Below the pieces are notes generated by a model, which saw nothing but the letters and a program-made list of their open reading frames with translations, did not search any database and was not told where the DNA came from. Position numbers and translations under genes: made by a program. DNA of 63,729 nucleotides, filler included, from Squatina squatina (lineage: Eukaryota): the NCBI GenBank assembly GCA_031763465.1. It is 3 parts of 3 records of this genome, joined end to end, with 100 filler letters (N's around TTAATTAATTAA, not from the genome) between each part and the next. Parts side by side here need not be neighbours in the genome. Positions count along the whole stretch, not along the records: positions 1 to 25,482 come from JARFOE010000073.1; 2 more parts are not named here. One strand, written 5' to 3'. Below, one piece after another: positions 10,964 to 24,546 of this stretch. Numbering within the stretch: position 1 is the first letter of the stretch; each line of letters begins with the position of its first letter.

Positions 10964-13250
10964 GTGAGTGTGCACAAGGCTGACTCACAGCTACTGCCCA
11001 CAGCATGTGATGCTTCCTGGAAAATGTATGTTAATGCATTAATGTGAGAATCGTGTGTTTCAAAATAATTATTTTTCTGTTGTAGTTGAGCGAACAATGT
11101 GAGCCTTCTGTTTAAAACAAAGGTTTCTTGTTAACAGTTGAAATACTGTTCGTCAGTTTGGCACATGTGTNNNNNNNNNNNNNNNNNNNNNNNNNNNNNN
11201 NNNNNNNNNNNNNNNNNNNNNNNNNNNNNNNNNNNNNNNNNNNNNNNNNNNNNNNNNNNNNNNNNNNNNNGCCAAGGGTGATTAATATCTGGAATTATAG
11301 TTGAGGCAACAACTGAAATGGTTCAACATAGTTAGTTGTTACGATGGTGGGATATGAATTTGCTATGGAAAGATGAGCTAGATGGATCAAATTATATTCC
11401 TAATCTGTACCTTTTCTTTGATCTGTGTGAATCGAAGAAAGAATAAGTGAAAGAAAAGGGAAAGGAGAGATGGGAAGAGAGGTGGGGGTGGGGGAGGTGG
11501 GGAAGAAAGAGGGGAGATTGTAGAGGGGAATGAAGCACGAGAGCAGTAGGAGGATCAGAAGTGTGGGATTAGGCAAGAGATTAAAACAGTTGGCTGTATT
11601 TCATGGAATACAACTGTGCTGTTGGTGTTTCTTGATACTGTGACTATATAAAGTGCTACATTTCTGTACGACTACATTACTTATTAGTTTGAAAATATCC
11701 TGGATCCATAAATATCTGATTTCCTATGGAGCTCCATTTTCAAGGCTGCTTCTACCATATGATTTCAATCCACAGTAATAAAATGACAATGGATGTGATG
11801 GTGTGGGGACTGTGTATAATAAAAACAATATTAATGCTGTGAAACGACCTCTGTCTACCTCTGAAGTAAGCGCGTGAGATTTTTTTTATTTACAAAATGG
11901 GTACATTTACAGTAGTCTGCATATTTTAGAGTTTACTGAATGTATTTGCACAGTACTGACTAGGTTACATTGGAACTTCAGTTCTGGCAGCAAGGTTATG
12001 CAAGCATTTAGCAGTGTTGGGGCTTATGTTCTCAGACTCTGTCGTTGTGTGTCCTTCACTAAGGTGGGTGCAGTTAGTGTTGAGGACAAATGAATTTAAG
12101 TGGCCAGGCATAGGCTGCCAACTGCCTGGAATTGATTGAGCTATACATTGGAAGTGATGACTGTGTGTCCCACAGATATTTCACCCCAAAGGTTAGCTGT
12201 GAGGAGGGGGTGCATGTTGGTATGGCTGGCAGACTTGTGTTAGTCTTTGAAATGTGTAGATGGGGGAGTGGTAAAGAAGGGTTTCCTCTCCATTGCACAA
12301 ATCCATCAAGAAGGGAGCCTGGGGAACTTTCCTGCTGCCTTTTGAGGCTGGTTGGGGCTTCCTGGATTGCAGTCAAAAGCCGTTGGGTGCTGGGACACAG
12401 CCAGAATACATTTGCACATGTTGTAGCAGCCTCTTGAATGTCTACCTTTCACGGAAGAATGGAATTTGTACAGTTACTAAGATAAATGGTGTGTGCAGTG
12501 AACAATTTTAAGTTGGCCTTCCTGTATCCTGCTAAATACTTGATGGTCATGAGAATATGTCCACATCTCTGACAATTCCTCATCAATTATGTGGTGTTCC
12601 GAGGCCCCCTTCGAGGTTTTGTGTGTGGTCTGCTGACAAGCAAGTGAACATTATGGACAGGGCAGAGGCATTTCTGCATGGTTCTTTCAGGATGTGGCAG
12701 TCAGGTTCCAGTGGGTCATTTTGAAGATTTTGAGTAATTGTTCTGTGGTTAAAACTTGAACCCAAATGTCGCAGATGTTGTGAGCTGGCGTTTGCTGGCA
12801 AACTACTGGAAGGGCTTGATCTGGCTCATAGTCTGGTGAGACTCGTAGTAGTTTTTGGTGTTTCCTGTTGCTCCATGTTGGGGTAATGTGTCCAGGGGTT
12901 CTTCAGGGTTGCTGAAGCTTCTTTCCAGATTGGCAGGGTTACTGCTAATAGAAGGTGTTTTAGGATACTGGTGAGCTTTATCTGAGGATAATTTAGGACA
13001 CTGGGTTGGTATTGAAACATAGCTTCCATTCTAGTTGTGGGTTTTATGAGGAGGCCTGGTTCCAGGCCTTGGAGTCTGGTTGCTGAGTAGTTGCGTTACA
13101 GGCACAAATACACAAAAGATGTGACCGTGAAGTATGTCCTTGTGATCTCTCCTCTTTAGTACTCCTCCCATTCTTTTATTTCCTCTCTTGAAGAGAAAAG
13201 ACGCGTCAGATTCAGCAGCTTTATGTATTCGAATTATTTTTTCCCCACAG

Positions 13251-13473
13251 AATGACGATGATGGTGAAATTCCATTGGATAATGTTGAGACCCCTCAATA
13301 TCGTCAACGATCCTTCCTCCAAACACAGCCTGTCCGTAGAACACCACTGCTTCACAACTTTCTGCACATGTTGTCTTCACGGTCATCTGGTACGACGACT
13401 GCAGATCAGACCCAGAGTGAGGAGAGCACCTTGCCAGCAGGTGAAAGTGGTAGGACTTCTGTATATGCTGTGC
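13251..13473 (+). CDS. AMBRA1: AMBRA1 large central exon, 5' part (3'-truncated by gap)
   Basis: ccccacag|AAT; [47 protein letters not shown] (human ...[25 protein letters not shown]). Confidence 0.95.
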
Positions 13474-14761
13474 NNNNNNNNNNNNNNNNNNNNNNNNNNN
13501 NNNNNNNNNNNNNNNNNNNNNNNNNNNNNNNNNNNNNNNNNNNNNNNNNNNNNNNNNNNNNNNNNNNNNNNNNAGTAACTTTTTGGCATTCCTATTTATT
13601 CAGCAAGTCACCTGAAACTGTTTTGTTTAACTCTGCAGGCGACTGTTGGAGTCCTCGCTTATTTCTCTGTCTCAAAACGATGGTTCTGGGTCAAGGGAGC
13701 ATCCAATTTACCCAGATCCAGCCAGGTAAGGCCAACTGCTGTTCTCCTACACTACAGCCACTTTTAATGTATTAATCTACTAATTCTGATAAAGTGCATT
13801 TTATTTTTGATGTGCAATGATGTTATGTGCTTTACCTACTATGCCATATGTCCTGCATGCCAAATTTTAAATTGCTTTCATTTTGCTTAATTTTGTCTAA
13901 TTCTCTGTTTTTGGATGATGATTCTCCATTCTAAAGGAGCTCTGGTTCCATTAATTATAGATCAAATCCTTTGGCCCTGCTTATTATAGTTTGTGTGTGA
14001 AGATGAGCCTAATGAAAAGGCTGAGCAATAATGGTAAAAGGATCGCATGTTTTGCTTCATGCAATTAAATTTGCTACTGTTTTTGAAGCTGTCAAATCTG
14101 TGAAGCACAGCAAGATGCTGTGATTTTTTACAAGTCAATATTTCAATTATATTGAATAGTAGAAATTGCTTGTGACCAATACATGAAGGTCTTTGAATGT
14201 CTTTTCAGTTGGAGATAAAAAGTATAATCTGGGAGTTTCTTTTTAGTTTAGGGTGAATTCTTTCTGACTTGGATTTTTTGTGTTCAGCTGTATTAAAAGG
14301 TGAATTGCTTAAAGATCTTTTGGGCACGTAATCATCAACTGTTAAGTTCAAAATAGTCGATTTGGGTTCTTGCTGCATCTTTGTCTGGTGTAATTGTATT
14401 CCTGAGTGTTGTGAGCAGATCCCTGAATTGACATTTGAAGGTAGTCCTTGGCCAGTTAATGGCTTTTTGTTCTCCTGACCTGTCTAAAGTTTAGACCTTT
14501 CCAAGTAGCTGCTTTATCATCCTTTGTTTTTGTTGGTTCCCCTCCACTTGAAATTTTAAAAAAAAACTTGTCACAAAATCAATGGAAGTAATCCCACTTN
14601 NNNNNNNNNNNNNNNNNNNNNNNNNNNNNNNNNNNNNNNNNNNNNNNNNNNNNNNNNNNNNNNNNNNNNNNNNNNNNNNNNNNNNNNNNNNNNNNNNNNA
14701 TTAGCCGTGCCTGCGCTAGTGGGTTGAGTTAAATTGAAACCCTATACCTGTACCTTTTCAG

Positions 14762-14935
14762 GTTATCCCCTGCCTATTACGCCCATCGGATCATCCAGTA
14801 TCTGTCACGTAGGGACAGTATTCGACAGCGCTCGATGCGATACCAGCCGAACCGAATGCGAGCCAGTTTGGAAAATTCAGCGAGCGGCCCGGCCCAGCCC
14901 ATTGATGGTGCTGATATGGATTTTGATGATTTTGA
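14762..14935 (+). CDS. AMBRA1: AMBRA1 internal exon
   Basis: ttttcag|G TTA...GA|gtaagt; [57 protein letters not shown] (human [32 protein letters not shown]); 174 bp; this frame is not in the ORF track. Confidence 0.95.
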
Positions 14936-16620
14936 GTAAGTACAGATTGAATTTTTATCTGATACACATGGCATGGCTGCAGTGGTGACCTCTAGCAGTT
15001 ACTGCTGGGCAGGTGGCAGGTGTAGCTTTCCACTATAGTGGTTAAAAGCATACACTTGATCCATGTACTCCTACTTCCCCTTTCCCTGTCTTTCTCCTCT
15101 TCTTTCTTTTCATGGAATGCTCCTGCCAGTTGAACTGTGGAATGCCATTGAGATCAGAATCACATGGAAGATTAACACCACCATGTGTCTCCTCCCAGAT
15201 TGGATGGATAGTTCTATTAAATAGGAGGGAAAAATGAGGCAAAGTGGAAGTAATAGTGAATTCAAAGGTATATCATGAGGTAGCTTTATAATCCCATGAA
15301 GACCAATCTTCCATATTAGCCACGAAGTTTGTACCAGTTTGTCTTGTACATTTTGTACAATTACAACTTTATATAAATGGTGCTCTGGTGCAATATTCTA
15401 TTCATTCTGTGACTACCTTCTGATGCACTATCCAATCTCTTCCACCTCATGCACAAATGAGGAAATTGGAGTTTGTGGAAGAGATTTTTAAAAAGACTTG
15501 TGATAGAGTTGGAAGAAAGTACTTTTCTGTACTTGTGGAAACTTAACTGTAGTCATGGAAAGGGTTTTTATTAAAAATATAGAATATCAGAAACTGAAAT
15601 TCATGTGCCATGCTAATTTTAATCTAGAAAGAACTGTATCAAAAGTCTCATCTGAGCCTCCGATTTATGTCATGTGTAATCGCCATGAAATATTTAAGGT
15701 TTTTGGAAATGGCACAATTGCAGATCTGTTGACTGAAATGGCGATCTGTCCTGAAGTTTGAATAATAGCCTGACTCCTTAGAGAAATGGTTTAGAGGGCC
15801 ATGAGCTCCAGCAGTTGGTGGTTGTGACATGGTTTGCATCCAGGAAACCTCTGGCTTCAAGGATGACAGTGCTTTTTTGGAAGTACTTAGTTACCTGATA
15901 TTGCCATCACAACTTTTGAGGTGTGGTATTTTCTTCATTGTATTAAAAAAAGGCTAGGATTTACTGCAGCAGAGTTTCCGTTATGGGCGCAGTCAGTGAT
16001 CCAGGCACACACTGCGCCCCAAGGTGCTCTAGTTTTGAGGAGTGCTTTTTTTCTTGAGTTCCCGCTCAAACTAATTTGCATATCGCTGAATGCAAAATCT
16101 GCCATGAACCAGTGCAATCCAACAGCATTTTAAAACTTTCTTTTTTAACATGTTGCTTTTAAAAAAAAGTTTCCTTCATATATTTTAAAATGGTAATTTG
16201 AAGTTTGAATAAAACAGCTGAAAATAGGTTTATCACAAAAAGGTAAACATTTTAATCACAGTGTCAATCCACCACTGAGGAACCAGATTTTAAATGACTG
16301 ATAACTTATAAAATATATTAAACTATTTTCTACTATATTGGTGTACATTAGTCAGTTTCTAAGTAAATTAAAACAAAAATCATATTTAAAAGCTTTTAAA
16401 ATCATGCCTTTTAGTGTTTGCGCCCAAAAGAACCGGTTTAATTTTTAAAGCCACCCTGAAGGCCTATAAACAAGCGCAATTAGTGGAAACTCCCAATCGT
16501 GATTAATTCAACCTGGGGTTATTAGCACAACGCTTTTAAAACTAATGGAAAAGATTGTGGAAACTTAAGCTGCGCTGAACGCAAATCGCACTTAAAATTC
16601 CATAACCTTTTGCGTTGAAA

Positions 16621-16923
16621 TGTAATAGAGTGTCCTAAGGTGCTTCACAAGAGCGATTATCAAACAAAATTTGACACTGAGCCACATATGGAGAAATTAG
16701 GTGACCTAATGCTTGGTGAAACAGGTAGGTCTTAAGGAACGTGTTAATGGAAGAGAGTGAATGAGAGAGGAGCAGAGGTTTAGGGAGGAAATTTCAGTGC
16801 TTAGGGCCAAGATAGCTGAACACACGGCCGTCAGTGGTGGTTTGAACAAAATCGGGGATGCACAAGAGGCCAGAATGCGAGAAGTGCAGAGATCTGGGAG
16901 GGTTGTATAGCTGGAATATATTG
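16621..16923 (-). mobile_element. L2-like LINE 3' end
   Basis: Minus strand reads ...GRVFSYLGPKH.NFLPKPLLLS; homologous to 18376-18665. Confidence 0.7.
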
Positions 16924-18375
16924 NNNNNNNNNNNNNNNNNNNNNNNNNNNNNNNNNNNNNNNNNNNNNNNNNNNNNNNNNNNNNNNNNNNNNNNNNNNNN
17001 NNNNNNNNNNNNNNNNNNNNNNNAGAAGGCGTTTAAAGTTGGCAAAACCAGTGGAGAAGTTTGAAGAGCGAGCTCCAAGCTTGGGGTGAAATCAGCTGAC
17101 GGTTTACCAACAGTGGTGAAGCGGAGGGAGAGGCAATGCATAGCCCGCTGGAGTTTGAGGTCTGGAGGGTACAGAGATCCAAATTAGTTTTGATCTTAAA
17201 TCATGCATGTAACCACGTTTCACAGTATTTCCGTCCTTTACAAAGAATTTCTGTTCTCGAACATTTTAAGACTGGACTGCTATTTATGTGTGAAAATTTT
17301 ACAGTCCATTCTGTCTTGTCCTATTGTCTGGCTTCTTGTATCGGTCTCTACTTTAAGTATTGCCTAATATCTGATGAAATACCCAAATATGGAGGTAGAA
17401 AGTTTACAACCAATGTAAAAGCCTCCCTGGCTTCAATTCCTGATGGATCCAGGAAGCTTGTGTGATGCTGTTGTGAGTTAATTGTGTGTGTGAGAGGTTG
17501 GTGCAATCTGTTACTTGTCCATTATCACACTGTACAATTCACCAGAAAAATACTGCTGCTTTTTTTTGCTGAAGTGCTCTTTACTGTTGGCTTATCATTT
17601 ACCTTTGGGTTTTATCAGCCTTTTTAGTGGGTCCTTTGGTACTGGCAGAATATTTGCAGTTCTCACTTTTCTTCTTTCTGTACTCTAAAGCCCATGTTAC
17701 CTCAAAAAAAAAATCATCTGTGCTATGCAGTACACATGACCATGTATTTTCTACTATTGATTCACCTTGCTAATTGCTTGAAAGCCTTGAAGTGGAAAAG
17801 CTTGTGCACCATCAATTCTGGTAATATTGACAGCACTGTTAAGCTAATTGTTATATCCATTTTTAAAGTTTTCTTTTTCCTGAAGCATGTGCTTTGCCTC
17901 TTCAGACTTGTTTTTTATGAGTGTACTTGAGTGCCCAAGGTTTATAGTTGCTCTGTTTCAGGGGAATTCATAATTTACATATGCAGTAAAGCTTGTTGCA
18001 AAAACATCACCAGGGAATAACCACCACCAACTCCAAAAGATGACCAACCTCAGCAAACTGTCCACAATAATCTAGTTGCTAATGATGTCCTTTTTCCTGA
18101 GGCACATAAGTGGCCTTTGACAGNNNNNNNNNNNNNNNNNNNNNNNNNNNNNNNNNNNNNNNNNNNNNNNNNNNNNNNNNNNNNNNNNNNNNNNNNNNNN
18201 NNNNNNNNNNNNNNNNNNNNNNNGACCCCTCATTGTGTATTCAACTGTCTCAACACTGACTGTGTCAGTTCGTGTATGGACAGGGGAATGGGGTGGAGAT
18301 TGGGAAAGCTCCAGCTTTTCAAGCTGGTAGTTGAGTTTGCACTTCACCTACTTAGGGGGTTGTCAAGTCAATAAC

Positions 18376-18665
18376 AGCTTGCATTTACACAGTGCATTTA
18401 ATGTAGTAAAATTTCCCAAAGCACTTCACAGCAGCATTATTTGACACTGAGCCACATGGAGATTTTAGCACAGGTGACCAACAGCTTGGTCAAAGATGTA
18501 GGTTTTAAGGAGTGACTTAAAGAAGGAGAAAGAGGTAGAGAGGTGGAGAAGTTTAGGGAGGGAATTCCAGTACTTGGTGCCCAGGCAGCTGAAGGCATGG
18601 CTGTCCATGTTTGGGCAGTGGAAATTGGGATGCGCAAGAGGCCAGAATTGGAGTGAAATGTGCAA
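18376..18665 (-). mobile_element. L2-like LINE 3' end
   Basis: AFSCLGTKYWNSLPKLLHLSTSFSFFKSLLKTYIFDQAVGHL is a typical L2-clade ORF2 C-terminus; ends in ...aaatgcaag tail. Confidence 0.8.
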
Positions 18666-19306
18666 ATGCATTTCCCTAACTAAGCTTTTCTGACAATACA
18701 CATTTTGCCAGTGTTATTCATTTGTCTGCCTGCGGTTGTTAGGGAGGGGCAGTGTTTTAAGATTTTAAAAAGTATATATTTTCCTCCACTTGCTGGCGAT
18801 GCCCTGTGCCAGTAAGAATGAACAAACTGCCACACTGTCGCCACAGGGAGAAGTGGAAACACTTTTGTCACCAGAAAAAGAGCTCTTGCTTGTATCTGTC
18901 TATTTAAAAAAAATTGTCTGCTTTAAATGAGGATTATTTTTATCAGTAGGATCGCAAAACACCTTAACTGTTTTCAAATAATAAATTCTTCCTCATTCAT
19001 TCACCTCCAAGTACTACATAGCATAATTACAGCCAAGTCTAGTCCTTGCTTTTGGATATCAACTGTGCAAGATTTGATTCTGTGTTCCACTAATATCTGA
19101 ACTCCTCAGTTGGTCTCTGATTCCCTGAAAGGTTTCTGGAGTCATGGAATGGCTTCAAAATTCAACCTGTTTTATGCTTCTGTGTTCTGTTCGTGAGTTA
19201 ATATTCAGTATTTTCACAACTGTGAGCTCTTGAGTAAGCAGCAGACTAACCTGAATCAATACAGTGGAATGTACCCTTTACTGAGTCACTCATTCTCTAA
19301 TTGCAG

Positions 19307-19417
19307 GTGCTGTGATAGGTGACGGACAGTCTGCTGTGGCAAGTAATATTGCCAATATCACTTATCGCCTCCAGTGGTGGGACTTCACCAAGTTTGATCT
19401 TCCAGAGATCAGTAATG
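19307..19417 (+). CDS. AMBRA1: AMBRA1 exon (C-terminal half of split WD40)
   Basis: ttgcag|GT GCT...G|gtaagt; [36 protein letters not shown]; 111 bp. Confidence 0.98.
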
Positions 19418-20194
19418 GTAAGTAATGTGTGAAGACTGCCAGAAGCAAGGGGAGCAGTGGGTCTTCACATCTAACCACGTGGGGTCCCTTTGAAACTTGT
19501 GTAAGCAAACTGATCTATTCAACACCTCATAGAGGGGTGCATGGTTTAATGATGGCAGAAAAGTTACAGCCAGGTGAATGGATCTTGACTCAGGAGCAAC
19601 CCATCTTATTTCAACAGGCTGGGCTATCCATGGATGTACTTTGATTATNNNNNNNNNNNNNNNNNNNNNNNNNNNNNNNNNNNNNNNNNNNNNNNNNNNN
19701 NNNNNNNNNNNNNNNNNNNNNNNNNNNNNNNNNNNNNNNNNNNNNNNNACCTTACTTGGAGGGTAAGTCTGACTCGAAGCAATTCCTTTCCTCAGCACTC
19801 ATATTTTTCTTGATGGATGCCAAAGCATCTAAAACCTAAGACTAGAGCAGCATGAATTTTATTCAGAAAATATTATAAATATTATATGGTTCCTTTAATG
19901 TTCTGCATTTTAGGTACTTGGATGAACAATTTAAAGGAAATTACTCATGTTCAGATTGTATATAATAGTGATATTTAGGGTGTTAACATATGCAGAAACC
20001 ATTATGTTCCTTATGGTCTACATTTTTGGATTCACAAGACTTTATTCAGTTGAAGATTTAAACCGTCACAAAAAAAAATTATACGTATAAACTTGGAAAA
20101 AAAAAACAAGCTCTTATCTTTTTCTGGCTTAAAATTATTTGACAAATTAAGTTTTTTTTGTCTATTATTTGTCTTTGTTTATCCTGATTTTCAG

Positions 20195-20383
20195 CTTCGG
20201 TCAATGTCCTTGTCCAAAACTGCAAAATCTACAATGATGCAAGCTGCGATATTTCAGCAGATGGACAGCTTCTGGCTGCATTCATTCCCAGCAGTCAGCG
20301 TGGATTTCCAGATGAAGGCATCTTAGCAGTCTATTCCCTTGCTCCGCATAACCTGGGGGAGATGCTGTACACTAAGCGATTTG
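20195..20383 (+). CDS. AMBRA1: AMBRA1 exon
   Basis: tttcag|CT TCG...G|gtaagt; [62 protein letters not shown]; 189 bp; phase-compatible with the previous exon. Confidence 0.98.
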
Positions 20384-20523
20384 GTAAGTTTATTACAAAG
20401 AATACAGAATTTTTTCAAGCCTTNNNNNNNNNNNNNNNNNNNNNNNNNNNNNNNNNNNNNNNNNNNNNNNNNNNNNNNNNNNNNNNNNNNNNNNNNNNNN
20501 NNNNNNNNNNNNNNNNNNNNNNN

Positions 20524-20740
20524 TTTCTTCACGCAGAGAGTGGTGAACCTGTGGAATTCTCTACCACAAGGCAGTTGAGGCCATATCATTAAATATATTC
20601 AAGAAGGAGCTAGATATAGTACTTATGGTTAAAGAGATCAAGGGATATGGGGAAAAAAGCAGAAACAGGATACCTATTGAGTGGCGGAGCAGGCTCGAAG
20701 GGCCGAATGGTCGACTTCTCCTATTTTCTATGTTTCTATA
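20524..20740 (+). mobile_element. CR1-like LINE 3' end
   Basis: FFTQRVVNLWNSLPQ plus 3' UTR ggcggagcaggctcgaagggccgaatgg and ttctatgtttctat tail. Confidence 0.85.
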
Positions 20741-22020
20741 TGATGTGCCCCAGGCCAAAGACAAGTGAGCCCAAGAGCAACAAGATTAGCCTTTCTCCGA
20801 GTCATTGTAGCCCTTCATAATACTGTGCCTGTATGGTAATTGCAAAATAAGTGAGCAACACATAGCAATAATAAAAGGGAGCGATGTTGCATTTCTATCT
20901 CAATATGGATTTTGAAGCCTGCAATCCAAATCAATATACCTGTTCACAAAAATATTATAGAATGGTGACAAATACTCCTATTAATTTTGCTAATGTTTGT
21001 GTAAATGGAGGTGTTGGAGACCAAAGGGGTGATGCAATGAATTTTAGATTTTGATCGAGTTTATGCCAGAATTTGGATGTCTATGCTACATTCCCTGCTT
21101 GACTTGTACTGAGTTTGACTGTTTTAGTTCACCTCCTTGTACTGGAAACGTGCAGAACCTTAGTGTAGTGGTCAGTTGTGTTATCCTGAGTTAATGCAGT
21201 TATTTGGTGAAATTATTTCTACACTTTGCAAACAAGCAGGCTGCTTAAATAATAAAAATGTTGCTGGCTAAGTGATAGCAGACATTTTGATCACTGTTTG
21301 ATCATCATACTGGTAGAGTTTACCCATAAATCCTGTGTGCTCGCATTCAACTGTAGCCCTCAAAAGGTTAACATTTTACTGAATACCAGGCTTGTATATT
21401 TATGGAAAATAATGTCATGGAGTAAAACACAAAGCAAATGATGTACTCAACAACACTCGATAGGCAAAATATGCAAATTGTGTGCATGATTTACATCTCT
21501 TAAAAGTTCCACTAACTGGTGGAAACCATGGAGACTAATGAGCACTATTAAAAAGATTAATCTGAGGATTGTTTACCAAGGATAGGATTTAAACTCAACG
21601 AAAAAGCATTAAAATTCATAAACACCCACTGCGTAAATGTAATGATGCTGTGTACTTTTGCACTTTGCTAAAACTAAAGCTCTCATGAATATTGTGTTGG
21701 AGATTTCATTTTTGTGAATTCTGAAAAGGAAGAGGGAGGAGGGAAGAAACATAGTTATTTGGGAGAGCTGGTGTTACCTCAGTTAGTGGGCTGGAAGGAT
21801 TAAGCTTAAGGTTTGCAGTCTCAATCCCGTGATTTGAACCTGAATCATTGAGCAAGAATATTCTTCACTGTGTCGTGATTGTCAAAGGATAATTATCCTT
21901 TTAAAGAAAGTGATCAAACCTGTATGTTTTGTACGAACAGCTTTGCAGAGATTCTTTTTCGCCAGTTGATTATGAAGTACAGTAACTGTATATACTGTAC
22001 AGTGCACCGGTACTGATAAT

Positions 22021-22132
22021 ATGGCAAGTAGCATTCCCGCCACAAAAGTGCCAGGCAATGACTATCTGCAACAAGCAAGAGTCGAACCACCTCCCCATGA
22101 TATTCAACTGCATTACCATCACTGAATCCCTC
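22021..22132 (+). mobile_element. LINE reverse-transcriptase fragment
   Basis: WQVAFPPQKCQAMTICNKQESNHLPMIFNCITITES resembles the W..F...KC RT thumb region of CR1/L2-group LINEs. Confidence 0.6.
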
Positions 22133-22991
22133 NNNNNNNNNNNNNNNNNNNNNNNNNNNNNNNNNNNNNNNNNNNNNNNNNNNNNNNNNNNNNNNNNNNN
22201 NNNNNNNNNNNNNNNNNNNNNNNNNNNNNNNNCTTTTAAAAGAATTGGTGCAATATCTTTGGGCTGTCAAACCTTTGGACTAATGAGGTTTTTAAGTATC
22301 TTTTTTTCCTGTGAGTTTTTCCTTTTTTGTTGTGTTCTCCTCAAGATGTTAGATGATAGGTTAGTCCCACAGATGTCAACTGCACTCCCAAAAAATCTTA
22401 CCCAAGTGGCCAAATCCAAACATCAGCATGTTTGATTGGGGCGGGGTCGGGGTGGGGTGTGCTCAGGACGAGACTAAACCTGTTTTTTGCCAAAATCCGC
22501 ACATGCACTTTTCAATGGGGCTCACTGAGTAACTATCGGGAGTGGGAGCCCTGCCGGATTTTATCACCTCCTTAGCCAGACCATTTATAGTTCAACTGGT
22601 GCATCAGCTGGGATCAGTCAATTCAAGAACTTAGTCAACCAGAGAATTCTAAATGACTCTCTTGTTTTACATTCAGAAGACATTTTCTGCACTTCCCATG
22701 GACCAAATATCTTCCAATTCACTCCCATTGTGGAGAATTCCAATGACAATTTCCTTTTCCATTCACTCGCATTATGGAATTCCAAACAACCAAACCTTTT
22801 CCCTAGAGCTCCTAGTCCAAATATATTATTATGTGGAAAACTAGCTATGTGTTCATCAAGTTTATACTGTGACAGGACATCTGTATTTCTTTGTGCACCT
22901 TTCCAGTAGTCTGCAGGATAAGGAAAGGGATGGAAATTTTGTCAGGCAACCTGAGTTCCATGTACCTAACTGCCATCTCTTCTCTTTCCAG

Positions 22992-23131
22992 AGGGTTTTT
23001 AACGTTTTGTACCCAATGCCTCCGGACCAGAGGAGACATGTTAGTATAAACTCAGCACGTTGGCTTCCAGAACCTGGGATGGGCCTGGCCTATGGAACCA
23101 ATAAGGGAGATCTCGTTATTTGCCGGCCTGT
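22992..23131 (+). CDS. AMBRA1: AMBRA1 exon
   Basis: ttccag|AGG...GT|gtaagt; [46 protein letters not shown]; 140 bp. Confidence 0.98.
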
Positions 23132-23678
23132 GTAAGTACCATTTAAGAACTGTTGCCTTCAAGGAATTGTATTTCAGAACATACTACTTTAAAGCCTTAT
23201 GTCTGGTCAATGTTCATGGTGCCACACAATAGAGCAGTGTGACGCATTAATGCCTGTACCGGCCCAGTAGCATGATCGTGCCATAGCTGATGTCAATACA
23301 AATTACTATTGGAAGTAGCTTTTTTTTTTCCAGGGATATTCCCCCACCCTCCCGTCTAAAAGGCCATCGCTGCTCTTCCAGCCCTCCCCACGCCCCGCGC
23401 ACACTCTCACATCGAGAGAGCTTCGTAATCTCAAATACTTCAGGATGGGTTACAATTTGGGAACGTCATTAGGACAGCACGATCCAATACAGATGGGAGT
23501 TTTTGGCAAATCGAGCTGACTGCAGAGAACTTGCCTCATAAAGCACATTTAGCTTTCCTTCTTTTTTCCAAATCATTATCTTACATCATTAACCAAACAA
23601 AATCAAATAATTAATAATCATTTGCACAATCAGCGCAGTGCACCGCACCTCTAGATTTACCTGGTTGGGAATAATACA

Positions 23679-23879
23679 ACATAGAAACAAAGAAAATAGG
23701 TGCAGGAGTAGGCCATTCGGCCCTTCGAGGCTGCACCACCATTCAATATGATCATTGCTGATCTTTCAACTCAGTACCCCGTACCTGCTTTCTTTCCATA
23801 TCCACTGATCCCTTTAGCCTTAAGGGCCACATCTAACTCCCTTTTGAATATAGCTAATGAACTGGCCTCAACAGCTTCC
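23679..23879 (-). mobile_element. CR1-like LINE 3' end
   Basis: catagaaac...ggagtaggccattcggcccttcgag is the reverse complement of the same 3' UTR seen at 20680-20740. Confidence 0.8.
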
Positions 23880-24546
23880 NNNNNNNNNNNNNNNNNNNNN
23901 NNNNNNNNNNNNNNNNNNNNNNNNNNNNNNNNNNNNNNNNNNNNNNNNNNNNNNNNNNNNNNNNNNNNNNNNNNNNNNNCCTTAACCCTTTGTTCAAACT
24001 TCTCTATCTTGTAGAATGGTACATAGTAGACATCAGCATACTTTTGGCCTCTGCAACCTCATGAACCCTCAACCCTACTCAAATCTGGTTCGCAATGGCT
24101 ACTGGCCATGGGACATCTAGCGATCACTGGTAAATTCCACTTTTCATCTCGGTGGCAGAAGTTAATCACACTCACCAACAGGATTTCAGAGACAGTTTTC
24201 TGACGGTACTTATTTGGATTTATTTATTGCAGCTCAGCCAAAAAAGATCTTACTTTTTTAACTACAAACCGCCATCCCTCAAGACACACTGCCAGCCTGC
24301 TTACCTGCTTTTTGTATGTGTGTTTTTACTCAGAGGAACTGTTCTGCTTCCATCCCATGTTTATATCACTCTTGTCCTTTTCAACTGTGGGGCAAATAAC
24401 AAGCTTTATATATAATTGAAATAAAAGTCATTTGATTTATTATTAAAGGGCAAGTGAGACCTCTTCCCATGGTGAAAAGGATATTTTCTGGTTGTGTTAC
24501 TTTTTGAATTGATGCATTTACCACAACTGTATGTTCCCTTCAACAG

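Noticed and set aside
15955-16620. Octamer ATTTGCAT (about 16074) as an snRNA or Ig promoter
   Set aside because: Single motif inside what looks like a decayed DNA-transposon-like segment; no snRNA or V-gene nearby
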